DNA of 52,629 nt from an uncultured Bacillota bacterium (GCA_900318075.1 ONJI01000011.1:1-52629); one strand, 5' to 3'; counted from the stretch's first letter, positions 20,322 through 30,726 are shown. Made by a program: numbers and translations. The notes: generated by a model from the letters alone, not told the origin.

Positions 20322-21245
20322 CTATTTTAGTTTATAAGTAGTCGTAAATATTCTATCGTCAGAGCAGTATTCTAAAACATATTTATCTTCTTTTCTGCAT
20401 ATAATTACACCAACGCTTTTATCATGAAAAACTTTCTTTATTTTTTTATCTACATAATTCATATATTTTTTAACTTGCCCTATATATTCTGCTTTCATTA
20501 CACTTACTTTTATCTCTATAATAATAAAACAATTAAATTCATAATTAAATAGAAGAAAATCTATATAGTGATAATTACTACCTATTTTTATTTTTACTTC
20601 ATGGTCTATATATGAAAATCCTTGACCTAATTCTTATAAAAAATTATCCATATCTTCTAATATAAACTGATGTAATGTATACTCACTTATATTATCATTT
20701 ACTTTATTTTTGGTTTTAATTATTATTGGATTTTTAATTAAGGTATTTACTTTAGGTTCTTCTAGTTCTTCTTTATAACCTATTCTTTCATATTCTTTTG
20801 ATTTAATTCTTTCTCTTAAATCTCTAACTGACAAATTATGACTTTCACAAATATAAATGTAGTATTTTATTTCATTTATATCATCTAGTTTTAACAGCTC
20901 TACATAATTACTCCATGTCAATTGGTGCGACATTGTCGCACCTTTTTGAATTATCAAATAAAACTTTCGCATTCTTTTTAACGACGACACATTATATCCC
21001 TTACCAAGTTCTTTTGTTAACTTTTCCGAATATTCCTTTATTAATTTATTTCCGTATTTAGCACGTGCTTCCCCACCTTGAGCTACTACTAATAATCTTC
21101 CTACTTCAAAATATGAATTTAAATCACTTTTATTTTTGGAATAATCCTTAACCTTTTTATATGCTTCGTTTTTTATTAATGTTGTCTTTATCTCGTTATA
21201 GTAGTTGATAGAAATCATCTCCTCATTTATTAATATACTAGACAA
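20322..21245 (-). pseudogene. YhcG-type (DUF1016) PD-(D/E)XK nuclease with an in-frame TAA
   Basis: The 203-aa N-terminal ORF ends ...EDMDNFL-TAA (20634-20636). The same frame continues ELGQGFSYIDHEVKIKIGSNYHYIDFLLFNYEFNCFIIIEIKVS...TTTYKLK to TAG at 20322-20324. The total of 924 nt is 308 codons. The D...E-x-K nuclease core lies after the stop. Confidence 0.7.
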
Positions 21246-21292
21246 ATTTCTTATTTCCTTTTTTATTTATAAGAATTATAAATAATAACATA

Positions 21293-21314
21293 TAAAAAAA
21301 CAGCGGGTGCTGTT
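21293..21314 (-). terminator. spoVA operon terminator
   Basis: Minus strand AACAGC-ACCC-GCTGTT followed by T7. Confidence 0.65.
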
Positions 21315-21393
21315 ATTAGTAAAAATATGATATGTTTTTTAGAACTTTCCACTGAAACTCTTCTCTTTTACTCAAGATTTGAGGAAATATATA

Positions 21394-21744
21394 TTAATCT
21401 TTTGGTTCAAATATTAATGAGAAAAAGAAAGAAAATATAATAGCTGCACTGATGCCAGCTGAAGTTAGATTTAAGGTTCCATTAAATAATCCTAAAACTC
21501 CACCTTCGTTATAACCTTGTATGGCTCCATGAGTTAACATGTGTCCAAAGCTTGTTATCGGAACTAAAGCTCCGCCACCTGCCCACAAAACGATTTTATC
21601 GTAAATGTTAAATACATCTAAAAATGTTCCAACCACAACGAATATAACTGTAATATGGCCTGGGGTAAGATTTGTATTATCTAAAATTATTTGGCCTAAG
21701 GCACATACTAATCCGCAGAACAAAAAAGCATTTAAATATATCAC
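21394..21744 (-). CDS. spoVAE: Stage V sporulation protein AE (SpoVAEB-type)
   Basis: 116-aa polytopic membrane protein (GALVPITSFGH, GGVLGLF). It immediately follows spoVAD. Confidence 0.85.
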   Translation of the reverse strand: MIYLNAFLFCGLVCALGQIILDNTNLTPGHITVIFVVVGTFLDVFNIYDKIVLWAGGGALVPITSFGHMLTHGAIQGYNEGGVLGLFNGTLNLTSAGISAAIIFSFFFSLIFEPKD

Positions 21745-22724
21745 TATATCGCCTCCAAACTAACCGCATGAGCAATAGCTGGTATTGTTAGTTTTTGATT
21801 TGTCATTGTAGGGTTCATTAAGGCACCTGTTGCGACTAATAATACTTTTTTTAATTTTTTATTTTTCATTTGATTAAATATATAGCTATATGTAACTAGT
21901 GGTGCGCAAGCTGGACCTGATGCTCCGGCATATACTGGCTGATTTTCTACATCAAATATCATAGTTCCAGTATCATTATAATTTTTTAAATTTATATCGT
22001 ACTTTTCTTTCATATATTCTTTTAATATTTCTTTTCCATATATTCCAAGGTCTCCGGTTAAGACTAAGTCATAATAATCGATAGTTCTATTTGTATCTTT
22101 TAAATGAGTATAAATAGTATCCGCTGCCGCTTTTGCCATAACTGCGCCCATATGAAAAACATTGGTTGTCTTAGAATCTATTACTTTTCCAATTGTGCCT
22201 GATTCTAATTTTATTCCTTTTTTATTTTTAGATAGTAAAGCTGATGCTGCTCCAGTTGTGGTAAATGTTGTTGTTTTTGGTTTTGGACCGCCATATTCAA
22301 CTGGATATCTATACTGTTTTTCGGCTCCATTATTATGTGAGGAAGTAAATGTAATTATATTTTTAGCAAGTTTATTTTCAATAAAATTGGCGCCTAGTAT
22401 TAATCCTAAAGTACTGGTTGAACATGCAGCATATATTCCAATAAAGCTAGAATCTATTTTAGATGAGGCATAACTAGAAGCGACTATTTGATTTAATAAG
22501 TCTCCACCTATTAATATATCTACATCCTTTATATTACTTTTTGATTTTACCATGTCAATACTTTCATTTATCAGTTTTATCTCTGCTTGTTCCCAGGTTT
22601 TAGCTTTAAAATATAAATCCTCATATGTTTTATCAAAGTATTTTTTTAATGGGCCACTAGCTTCATATGGTCCTGTTATAGTTGATGTTTCATTTATGTA
22701 TACATTATTATATTTTATTGTCAT
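21744..22724 (-). CDS. spoVAD: Stage V sporulation protein AD
   Basis: 326 aa, thiolase-like fold (YAACSTS, GASGPACAP). Its start and stop overlap the neighbouring genes. Confidence 0.88.
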   Translation of the reverse strand: MTIKYNNVYINETSTITGPYEASGPLKKYFDKTYEDLYFKAKTWEQAEIKLINESIDMVKSKSNIKDVDILIGGDLLNQIVASSYASSKIDSSFIGIYAACSTSTLGLILGANFIENKLAKNIITFTSSHNNGAEKQYRYPVEYGGPKPKTTTFTTTGAASALLSKNKKGIKLESGTIGKVIDSKTTNVFHMGAVMAKAAADTIYTHLKDTNRTIDYYDLVLTGDLGIYGKEILKEYMKEKYDINLKNYNDTGTMIFDVENQPVYAGASGPACAPLVTYSYIFNQMKNKKLKKVLLVATGALMNPTMTNQKLTIPAIAHAVSLEAI

Positions 22725-23158
22725 ACGAGTCCCACCAACGTTCTAATTAAACTAAAGACAAAACTTCCAATAATTCCAAATATTATTACGGCTCCTGATA
22801 GTTTTAACATATTAGCGCCTAATCCTGTTACTAATCCTTCTTTACGGTATTCTAATGCAGCGCTTTGAGTAGCATGAGCAAATCCGGTAATTGGAATAAT
22901 TAGCCCGCATTTACAAAAATTTACCCACTTATCGAAAAAGCCTAAACTTGTAAGTAGACAGCTTAAAAATATTAATGTAATTAACATGCATACTGTTGCT
23001 TCTTTAGCTGGAACTGACATATAGCTTTGGTATAATTCTATTAAAAGTTCTCCTATTATTCCCATCATTCCTCCAGTTATAAAAGCAATAGCGGCATTAT
23101 AAAAGACTTCTTCTTTTGGCATATGTTTATCTACTATTTTTTGATATTCATCTTTCAT
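22721..23158 (-). CDS. spoVAC: Stage V sporulation protein AC
   Basis: ATG at 23158 is preceded by GGAGG plus 6 nt. MKDEYQKIVDKHMPKE...AFITGGMMGIIGE is typical of SpoVAC. The longer ORF-track start lacks an RBS. Confidence 0.88.
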   Translation of the reverse strand: MKDEYQKIVDKHMPKEEVFYNAAIAFITGGMMGIIGELLIELYQSYMSVPAKEATVCMLITLIFLSCLLTSLGFFDKWVNFCKCGLIIPITGFAHATQSAALEYRKEGLVTGLGANMLKLSGAVIIFGIIGSFVFSLIRTLVGLV

Positions 23159-23175
23159 ATTTTTCCTCCTGATAT

Positions 23176-23205
23176 TATTATGGAAGTTTTTACTTTTTTC
23201 TATAC
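23176..23205 (-). promoter_or_regulatory. Candidate forespore (sigma-G/sigma-F type) promoter of spoVAC-AD-AE
   Basis: Minus strand GTATA-N18-CATAATA fits GhATr-N17/18-CATxhTA. It lies in the 59-nt gap between the pilin-like gene and spoVAC. Confidence 0.4.
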
Positions 23206-23217
23206 AAAAAATAACAC

Positions 23218-23583
23218 TTATAAACAAGTGTTATTTTCATTATACTCATATTTATATTTGTTACTAGTAAAGGTAATGATAATGTAGCCTTCTATATTTT
23301 CATCAGATTTTTTTGGGTTTTTTATATCACTGTTTGTTAGCAAACCAGCTTGTTTTAACTCGTTTATGGCTAAGCATTTTTTTTCACCGTCATTAGGAAG
23401 CTCTTTTGAATTTTTTGCCATATATGTTCTAGCGGCATTTTTTATGTGTTCTATCTGTTTTTCATAGGCTTTATCTTTAGAACTATTTATAACACTACCT
23501 ACAGCTGGTACTGTAATCATGGTTATTATTCCGATGATTGTAATTACGGCTATAAGTTCAATTAAAGTAAATCCTTTTTTCAT
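23218..23583 (-). CDS. Prepilin-type N-terminal cleavage/methylation domain protein (pseudopilin/ComGC-like)
   Basis: MKKG|FTLIELIAVITIIGII is a class III signal peptide with Gly-1, Phe+1 and Glu+5. The small globular domain carries two Cys. Confidence 0.8.
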   Translation of the reverse strand: MKKGFTLIELIAVITIIGIITMITVPAVGSVINSSKDKAYEKQIEHIKNAARTYMAKNSKELPNDGEKKCLAINELKQAGLLTNSDIKNPKKSDENIEGYIIITFTSNKYKYEYNENNTCL

Positions 23584-23625
23584 ATTCTCACCCTATCATC
23601 ATTATAGATTAATAGGGTCATGTTG

Positions 23626-24270
23626 TCAATTGAAGGTTTTTTTTAATTTTGTTAATACTTTTTTTTCCTTTCTAGAGATATCTACTTGAGATAGTCCTAG
23701 TTTTTTGGCCACTTCAGTTTGGGTTAAATCCTCAAAGTATCTTTTTATCATTATAGTTCTTTCTGGTTCATTCAAGCTTTCAATTTCTTTTTTTAAAGCT
23801 ATTATAGTGTCATAGTCCATTTCTTTATCAGCGATAATTTCATGCATAGATAAATCGTCAGAAAAGATTTCATCCATACTATATGGATCTGTATAGTTAA
23901 GTGTTTGTTCAATTATTTCTTCATCTATCTCTAGAAAATTACTTAATTCTTTATTTGATGGAATATGCATGAGACTTTGAGCTAAATGATTTTTGGCAAT
24001 CTCTATTTTAGTTTTTAGTCTTGATAAATCTCTACTTAATTTAATGGTGTGATCTTCTCTTACAAATTTGCTCATTTCTCCATAGATGTATTGATAGGCG
24101 TAGCTTGTAAATTTTGTACCTTTTGTTTCATCGTAGTTTTTATAAGCCTCGATCATACCAATACACCCTACTTGAAATAAGTCCTCTTTACTTTTGTATT
24201 TTGAAAATTTACTTGCAATACTATAAATAAAACTTTCATTTTTTAATATAATTTGAGTTATTTCCTCCAT
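23626..24270 (-). CDS. sigF: Group 3 sporulation-type sigma factor (SigF by synteny)
   Basis: ATG at 24270 follows AGGAGGAG. Regions 2-4 are recognisable (FQVGCIGMIEAYKNYD, YAYQYIYGEMSKFVRE, LTQTEVAKKLGLSQVDISR). It sits between spoIIAA and the spoVA genes as in Bacillus. Confidence 0.75.
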   Translation of the reverse strand: MEEITQIILKNESFIYSIASKFSKYKSKEDLFQVGCIGMIEAYKNYDETKGTKFTSYAYQYIYGEMSKFVREDHTIKLSRDLSRLKTKIEIAKNHLAQSLMHIPSNKELSNFLEIDEEIIEQTLNYTDPYSMDEIFSDDLSMHEIIADKEMDYDTIIALKKEIESLNEPERTIMIKRYFEDLTQTEVAKKLGLSQVDISRKEKKVLTKLKKTFN

Positions 24271-24280
24271 ATCTCCTCCT

Positions 24281-24592
24281 TTAAGCGCCAATTAAATTAA
24301 CTGCAGTCATTTCGTCAGTAACATATTTTAAATCACCTATTAGACTTAATTGATTAGGATTTGCACATATGAAACTTTTATCGCATGTTTTATAACATTT
24401 TTTTAGTGTCTTTATTCCACTTTCATCAATATAATTAAGGTTTTGAATATTTAAGACAATATTTTGAATTCCAACATTATTGATTAGTGTTATTACTTCT
24501 TCATTTATCTTACTTCGTGTTTCTTTTGTAAGTCTGCCAAATAATCTGACAAATAAAATGCCCATTTTAGAATCTATATCAATATCTAACAT
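24281..24592 (-). CDS. spoIIAA: STAS-domain anti-sigma-factor antagonist (SpoIIAA-like)
   Basis: 103 aa. IVLNIQNLNYIDESGIKTL aligns to B. subtilis SpoIIAA IVLNLEDLSFMDSSGLG. Confidence 0.75.
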   Translation of the reverse strand: MLDIDIDSKMGILFVRLFGRLTKETRSKINEEVITLINNVGIQNIVLNIQNLNYIDESGIKTLKKCYKTCDKSFICANPNQLSLIGDLKYVTDEMTAVNLIGA

Positions 24593-24680
24593 ATCATCAC
24601 CTTCTAAAGTGTAGCATTTATTAAATTTAAATTATATAGTTTCGACAAAACTAGAATTTTCTTTTAATTTAAAAAGAAGA

Positions 24681-26876
24681 TTACTCAGAATCTTCTTTCT
24701 TTTCTAGTTTAACTAAAACTTCTCTCGGTTTAGAACCGTTTGATGGTCCTATTATTCCTCTTTCTTCTAAAAGATCAATACATCTAGCAGCTCTATTATA
24801 ACCTAATCTAAATCTTCTTTGAAGAAGAGAGGCACTAGCTTTACCTTGGGTTATAACAAATTCTCTAATTTCATTATAAAGTGGTTCTTCGTGTTCATCA
24901 CTACTATCTAGCATGGTAGTTGCTCCTTTATCTTCATCAGAAAGAGTTAAAGATTTATCGTACATAGCTTTTTGCTGGGAAATAGTATAATCTACTACCT
25001 TTTTTATTTCCTCATCGCTGATAAATGTACCTTGAACTCTTATTGGAATGTTTTCGCCTTGTGGCAAGAATAACATGTCACCTTTACCGAGTAATTTTTC
25101 GGCTCCACTCATGTCTAGAATTGTTCTAGAGTCGATACTACTAGATACAGCAAATGATATTCTAGATGGAATATTGGCTTTTACAACTCCGGTAATGACA
25201 TCGGTACTTGGTCTTTGTGTAGCTACTATTAAATGTATTCCAGCAGCTCTTGCCATTTGGGTTATTCGCATTATTGAATCTTCAACTTCTTTAGCAGCTA
25301 CTAGCATCAAGTCAGCAAGTTCATCGATGATTACTACGATATAAGGTAATTTTTGTATTTGTTCATCTTCATCTAATTTTTCGTTTTTCTTTTCAACGTA
25401 GGCATTATAACCGGCAATATTTTTTGTGCCACTTTCTTCAAATAAGTCATATCTATCTTCCATTATTTTTACTATTTTTTGAAGAACGATATTAGCTTTT
25501 TTAGGATCAGTCACTACTGGTGTTAGAAGGTGTGGTACACCATTATACATTGAAAGTTCTACTTTTTTAGGGTCAACTAGAACTAGTTTTACTTCGTCTG
25601 GTTTAGTACGCATTAAGATTGATGTAATCATACTATTTATACAAACTGATTTACCAGAACCAGTAGATCCAGCTACTAGTAAATGGGGAGTTTTATCTAT
25701 TTCACAAAAGATTGATTCACCCATTATACTTTTTCCTAAAGTGACTAATAATTTACTATTTTCTTTATCTTTAGGCACAGCTGTCAAAATTTCTCTTACA
25801 GAAACTGGTGTGGTTGTCTTATTAGGCAGTTCAATACCGACGGTTTTTTTACCAGGTATTGGAGCTTGAATTCTGACATCTTTAGCTCCTAAATCTAAAG
25901 CGATTTCTTTATTTAAAGCGGTTATTTTAGAAAGTCTGGTTCCTGATTTAACTTCAAGTTCATACTGCGTTACTGATGGTCCAATATGTGCGGTAGCAAC
26001 TTTTACTTCAACTCCAAAATCTCTAGTTACTTTTTCGATAGCTGCAGCATTTTGATTAATTGCTTCTTTATTAGCTTTAGTGGCTGCGGCTTTATTTGCA
26101 GATGGTTTATTTAATAGATCAATTGGCGGTTTTTGATAACCTTTGGTATCCATGTATTCTTCAGGCTCTTTTTCTTCTGTCTTTGGAACGTTGCTTTCAA
26201 GCTCATCCATTGATGATATAACTAATTTTTTATTGTTATCTTCCTCGTATTTTTCTTCAGCTTCTTCAACGGCTTCTCTTATTTTTACATTGTGTTTAAT
26301 ATCTTTTAATCCAGCCATTTTTTCTTTCATATATGTTATGGCATCATAAATTGATACTCCTGTAAACATAATAGTTCCGCATATTATTAAGGCGGTACAT
26401 ACAACTTTAGTTCCCTCGATTGTAAGCAGTTTATATCCAATTACTGAGAATATAGCGCCAATCATTCCACCGCCTTGAATTGCTTCAGTATGCTTTACAA
26501 AGCCCATGAGATTATTTATTGTTTCAGTAAATATTTTACCGGCTTCGAGGTCTTTACCTGCTAGTTCTTTAATATATTCGATATGTGATAGTGTTAAAAT
26601 GCCAATCATTAAAATATAAAGTCCGACTAAATGTGATGTTAAAAAGTCAACTTTTTCTCTTTTTATCATCATATATATACCAGCAGCTCCAACGCATAAA
26701 AGAGGAACAATGTACCAACTGCCAGCCAAAAATCCTGCAAAGCCTTTAAATATATCAGCGGCAATGCCAAATGGGCAGCAGCCAATTATTGCGATTAAAA
26801 GTAGTAAAATTCCTTGTAATTCTACACTATATGATGATTCTTTTTTTGATTGTTTTCTTTTTTTTCTTTTTGCCAT
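24681..26876 (-). CDS. ftsK: DNA translocase FtsK/SpoIIIE
   Basis: N-terminal TM helices, linker, motor domain (Walker A GSTGSGKS, Walker B VVIIDELADL) and a C-terminal gamma wHTH (LLQRRFRLGYNRAARCID). Confidence 0.93.
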   Translation of the reverse strand: MAKRKKRKQSKKESSYSVELQGILLLLIAIIGCCPFGIAADIFKGFAGFLAGSWYIVPLLCVGAAGIYMMIKREKVDFLTSHLVGLYILMIGILTLSHIEYIKELAGKDLEAGKIFTETINNLMGFVKHTEAIQGGGMIGAIFSVIGYKLLTIEGTKVVCTALIICGTIMFTGVSIYDAITYMKEKMAGLKDIKHNVKIREAVEEAEEKYEEDNNKKLVISSMDELESNVPKTEEKEPEEYMDTKGYQKPPIDLLNKPSANKAAATKANKEAINQNAAAIEKVTRDFGVEVKVATAHIGPSVTQYELEVKSGTRLSKITALNKEIALDLGAKDVRIQAPIPGKKTVGIELPNKTTTPVSVREILTAVPKDKENSKLLVTLGKSIMGESIFCEIDKTPHLLVAGSTGSGKSVCINSMITSILMRTKPDEVKLVLVDPKKVELSMYNGVPHLLTPVVTDPKKANIVLQKIVKIMEDRYDLFEESGTKNIAGYNAYVEKKNEKLDEDEQIQKLPYIVVIIDELADLMLVAAKEVEDSIMRITQMARAAGIHLIVATQRPSTDVITGVVKANIPSRISFAVSSSIDSRTILDMSGAEKLLGKGDMLFLPQGENIPIRVQGTFISDEEIKKVVDYTISQQKAMYDKSLTLSDEDKGATTMLDSSDEHEEPLYNEIREFVITQGKASASLLQRRFRLGYNRAARCIDLLEERGIIGPSNGSKPREVLVKLEKKEDSE

Positions 26877-27002
26877 CTTATATCACTCCGTTATTTTAAT
26901 TATAACATCATTTACTTTAAAGGAAAAGTTTAGCTTGTCATTATTTAACATTTATGTACAAAAAATTAAATCTTTTATTGGGATATATGTGTGCATCTTC
27001 AT

Positions 27003-27040
27003 ATAAAAACTTCATTTCAGCAACAGCGAAATGAAGTTTT
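27003..27040 (-). terminator. pnp terminator
   Basis: AAAACTTCATTTC-N9-GAAATGAAGTTTT forms a 13-bp stem followed by a T run on the minus strand. Confidence 0.7.
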
Positions 27041-27050
27041 ATTATAATTA

Positions 27051-29222
27051 CTATTCATCTTTTTTATCCTTTGAATCTTCTTTCTTTTTTTCTGGGGCAA
27101 TAGCTTGTTTTCTTGAAAGATTTAATCTTCCCCTATTGTCATAGCCTAAGGACTTAACAATTATTTCGTCTCCTACTTTAACTAGGTCACTTGGTTTTTC
27201 TACCCTTTTGGTATCTAGTTGTGATACATGTACTAGTCCTTCACAACCGGGCCATAGTTCAACAAAACATCCAAAGTCTTCAACTTTAACAACTTTTCCG
27301 GTATATATTTTGCCATTTTCGACTTCTTTTGTGATGTTTTTGATTCTTTCAGCGGTACTTTCTATTACTTCTTTATCAGTGTGATAAATAATTACTCTTC
27401 CGTCGTCTTCTAAATCAACTTTAACGGCATTTATATCGTTAACACTATTTACATGACTACATTCTAGAATAATTTTAGTAATCATTTCTCCGCCTTTACC
27501 AATAACGTCTTTAATCTTTTCTGAATCGATTGTGAATGTACAAACTTTTGGCGCATATTTACTTACTTCTTTACGTGGCTCTGGAATTGTACTTGTAATT
27601 AAATCTAGAATTTCTAATCTTGCTTTTTTAGCCTGCTGTAAAGCTTCTTTTAAAATTTGTTTTGTTATACCTTTTATTTTTATATCCATTTGTAAGGCAC
27701 ATATTCCTTCTTTAGTTCCAGCAACTTTAAAGTCCATGTCACCTAAATGGTCTTCCATTCCTTGAATGTCAGTTAAAATAGTATAGTCTTTATCATTTGA
27801 AATTAATCCCATTGCAATACCAGCAACTGGGGCTTTTATTGGAACTCCAGCGGCCATTAAGCTCATGCAGCCTGCACAAATACTGGCCTGTGATGATGAA
27901 CCATTACTTTCTAAAATTTCGGAAACTACTCTAATTGTGTATGGAAATTCATCTTCACTTGGAATAACTTGAAGTAAAGCTTTTTCACCTAGGGCACCAT
28001 GACCAATTTCTCTTCTTCCAGGTGCGCCATATCTTCCAGTTTCACCAACTGAAAATTGTGGGAAATTATAGTGAAGCATGAATCTTTTTGAATCTTCAAG
28101 TCCGAGTCCATCTAATATTTGATGTTCACCTAGGGCTCCTAATGTAGTTACAGATAAGCTTTGAGTTTGTCCTCTTGTAAATAAAGCTGATCCGTGGGTT
28201 CTTGGCAAGAAGTCAATAGATGCAGAAAGTGGTCTTATTTCATCCATTTTTCTACCATCTGGTCTTATTTTTTCATTAGTTATAATATTTCTAAATAATG
28301 AATATTCAACTTCTCCATAAATTAATGATATTTTAGTTAAAAGTTCAGCTAGTTCATCGTCTTTTAAATTTTCATTTTCGGTTTTATATTTTTCAAGTAA
28401 ATTCTCTTTTATTTCATCAAGTCTTGCATATTTTTCTAGTTTATCTTTAATTCTTAAAGCTTCATCTATATCCTTTTCAATTAATTTTGTTACTTCGTTT
28501 TTAAGTTCATCAGTTATTTCTAGTTTTTCATATTCCATTTTTTCTTCGCCGATTTCATTTACTATTTTATTTTCAAATTCAATTAGTTCTTTAACAGCAT
28601 CATGTCCAAACATTAAAGCTTCAAGCATGTCTTCTTCACTAGCTTCTTTAGCTGATGATTCAACCATATTGATAGCGTCCATTGTTCCAGCTACTGTTAA
28701 ATCGATATCTGATTTTTCGGCTTCATCAGTTGTTGGGTTGATAATAAATTTTCCATCAATTCTACCAACTTTAACTCCGGCAATAGGTCCATTAAATGGT
28801 ATTTTACTAATTGATGTTGCAAGTGATGAAGCAAATAATGCGGTTATTTCTGGAGAATTATCTGGATCTACTGATAAAACTGTGTTTACTATTTGAACTT
28901 CATTTTTAAAGTCTTCTGGAAATAGTGGTCTCATTGGTCTATCGATCATGCGGGCAGCTAAAGTAGCCGCTTCGCTTGGTCTACCTTCTCTTTTTATAAA
29001 GCCTCCTGGAATTTTTCCTACTGAATATAATTTTTCTTGATATAAAACCATTAATGGGAAGAAGTCTGATAAAAGATTTGCTTTTTTAGAGACAACAGCT
29101 GTAGATAATACTACGGTATCTCCATATCTAACTAAAACAGCTCCGTCAGCTTGTTTAGCAACTTCTCCTATTTCAACTATTAATTTTCTTCCTCTAAATT
29201 CTGTTTCAAAAGTTTTTTTCAT
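27051..29222 (-). CDS. pnp: Polyribonucleotide nucleotidyltransferase (PNPase)
   Basis: Two RNase PH domains, KH and S1. The probable start is ATG 29222 (GGAGG plus 6 nt). The upstream ORF-track extension lies in the rpsO-pnp hairpin. Confidence 0.95.
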   Translation of the reverse strand: MKKTFETEFRGRKLIVEIGEVAKQADGAVLVRYGDTVVLSTAVVSKKANLLSDFFPLMVLYQEKLYSVGKIPGGFIKREGRPSEAATLAARMIDRPMRPLFPEDFKNEVQIVNTVLSVDPDNSPEITALFASSLATSISKIPFNGPIAGVKVGRIDGKFIINPTTDEAEKSDIDLTVAGTMDAINMVESSAKEASEEDMLEALMFGHDAVKELIEFENKIVNEIGEEKMEYEKLEITDELKNEVTKLIEKDIDEALRIKDKLEKYARLDEIKENLLEKYKTENENLKDDELAELLTKISLIYGEVEYSLFRNIITNEKIRPDGRKMDEIRPLSASIDFLPRTHGSALFTRGQTQSLSVTTLGALGEHQILDGLGLEDSKRFMLHYNFPQFSVGETGRYGAPGRREIGHGALGEKALLQVIPSEDEFPYTIRVVSEILESNGSSSQASICAGCMSLMAAGVPIKAPVAGIAMGLISNDKDYTILTDIQGMEDHLGDMDFKVAGTKEGICALQMDIKIKGITKQILKEALQQAKKARLEILDLITSTIPEPRKEVSKYAPKVCTFTIDSEKIKDVIGKGGEMITKIILECSHVNSVNDINAVKVDLEDDGRVIIYHTDKEVIESTAERIKNITKEVENGKIYTGKVVKVEDFGCFVELWPGCEGLVHVSQLDTKRVEKPSDLVKVGDEIIVKSLGYDNRGRLNLSRKQAIAPEKKKEDSKDKKDE

Positions 29223-29262
29223 ATATACCTCCATGAAAATAGACACCTTAAAAGAGTGTCTA

Positions 29263-29532
29263 CTATTTTCTTAATCCTAATGATTTAACGATTTCACGAT
29301 ATCTAGTAACATCTTTTTTCATAAGATAGTTAAGTAAACTTCTTCTGTGTCCTACTTTTTTAAGTAATCCTCTTCTTGAATGGAAATCGTGTTTGTGAGT
29401 TTTTAAATGTTCTGTAAGCTCACTTATTTCTTTAGTTAAAATTGCAATTTGTACTTCGGCTGAACCTGTATCGCCATCTTTTTTTGCATATTTTTTAACT
29501 ATTTTTGCTTTTTCATCTTTTGATAAAGCCAT
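29263..29532 (-). CDS. rpsO: 30S ribosomal protein S15
   Basis: 89 aa with [14 protein letters not shown]...[16 protein letters not shown]. Confidence 0.95.
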   Translation of the reverse strand: MALSKDEKAKIVKKYAKKDGDTGSAEVQIAILTKEISELTEHLKTHKHDFHSRRGLLKKVGHRRSLLNYLMKKDVTRYREIVKSLGLRK

Positions 29533-29572
29533 TTTTAATTCCTCCTTTTTTAATATATTCGCTTAAATCCTA

Positions 29573-29598
29573 GAATAAAAGATGGAGTTCTTTTATTC
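29573..29598 (-). promoter_or_regulatory. rpsO 5'-UTR hairpin (possible S15 autoregulatory element)
   Basis: Minus strand GAATAAAAGA-ACTCCA-TCTTTTATTC forms a 10-bp stem about 40 nt upstream of the rpsO ATG. Confidence 0.3.
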
Positions 29599-29715
29599 CA
29601 AGAAATAAGTACATTAATAATATACACTAGTTTATGGAAAAATGCAAGAAAAATATGTAAAGCATTTATTTGTTTTATAGGAAATTAATAATATTATTAT
29701 ACATAACAAGCAGTT

Positions 29716-30561
29716 TTATACTTTCAATTTTACTAATTCTTGTTCAGTTAAACCTGTTATCTCTATAATGTCTTTTATCTTTATTCCTTTAGCAAGCATC
29801 TTTTTAGCCATAGCTATTTTATTTTGAGTTATACCTTTTTCAATACCTTTTTTAAGACCTGTATTATATCTTTGATTGGCCCATTTCTCGGTTTCGTCTT
29901 CTATAACAAGTTCTTTGGCTACGTCTGGATCTAAGTTTAAGTATTTTACTTTATTTGATATTTCTACCATTATTTCATCACCTTTACTTATTTTATCCAT
30001 CTCTTCATAAGTTTGGGCCGCGAGTAACATCATAAATGGATCTTCTTTCTTTTCTTCTTTATTGTACCACTTATCATCAAAATAATCCATATTGATATGT
30101 ACTATCTCAAATATATCATTATATATTTTATTATTTGTATTATTTTCGGTTATATAGAATTTTATTATCTTTTTGTCTTTTATATCATAATCTAGATATT
30201 TTTTTAAATTCCATGTCAAATTTAACTGCACGTGTTTTACTATATTTATATAACTTTCTTTTTGTTTTAAATTACTGCTTATTAGTTTACAAAAATATAA
30301 TAGATTTCTATTAAATACTTCTTCTTTGTAATTATTATTTACTTCGACATTTATTATTCCTTCTTCTGTATATACTATCAAATCTAAAAACATTTTTCTT
30401 TCTTTTTTATTTTCTATATTCATTTCATTATTATTTACAATTAAGACTTTATCTACTTTTATGTTTAACGATACCTCTAACAATTTTTTTATTCTCTCTT
30501 CTGTTATAAAGACATTTTTAAATATGATATCGTTTCTTAAAAATTGGGGTTTTAACTTCAT
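29716..30561 (-). CDS. Rpn-family recombination-promoting nuclease / putative transposase (PD-(D/E)XK)
   Basis: 281 aa. The N-terminus DIIFKNVF...FLDLIVYTEEGIINVEVN carries a D...E-x-N/K-like core. The C-terminal helical tail is shared with the remnant at 2-519. Confidence 0.7.
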   Translation of the reverse strand: MKLKPQFLRNDIIFKNVFITEERIKKLLEVSLNIKVDKVLIVNNNEMNIENKKERKMFLDLIVYTEEGIINVEVNNNYKEEVFNRNLLYFCKLISSNLKQKESYINIVKHVQLNLTWNLKKYLDYDIKDKKIIKFYITENNTNNKIYNDIFEIVHINMDYFDDKWYNKEEKKEDPFMMLLAAQTYEEMDKISKGDEIMVEISNKVKYLNLDPDVAKELVIEDETEKWANQRYNTGLKKGIEKGITQNKIAMAKKMLAKGIKIKDIIEITGLTEQELVKLKV

Positions 30562-30649
30562 TTTTTCACGTCCTTTTCATGGACTATAACATCTTTTTAT
30601 TTCTTAAGCAAACAAAGATTTCTCTTATTTTTTTCGTTATTTTTAATTT

Positions 30650-30687
30650 AAAAAAGGTAAATTGTTTTTATGAATTTACCTTTTTTT
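30650..30687. terminator. Bidirectional terminator downstream of truB
   Basis: AAAAAAGGTAAATT-N9-AATTTACCTTTTTT forms a 14-bp stem with A/T runs on both sides. Confidence 0.7.
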
Positions 30688-30726
30688 ACTTATTTTTCAT
30701 TTTTAATTTATTAAATTAATACTTTT

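Noticed and set aside
23159-23227. N-terminal extension of spoVAC overlapping the pilin gene
   Set aside because: No RBS is present. The region contains the sigma-G-like promoter and the GGAGG that serves the ATG at 23158.
23584-23625. Hairpin CCCTAT-N15-ATAGGG between sigF and the pilin gene as a terminator
   Set aside because: It has only a 6-bp stem with a 15-nt loop and no T tract. The 3' arm forms part of the pilin RBS (AGGGTGAG), so read-through is more likely.
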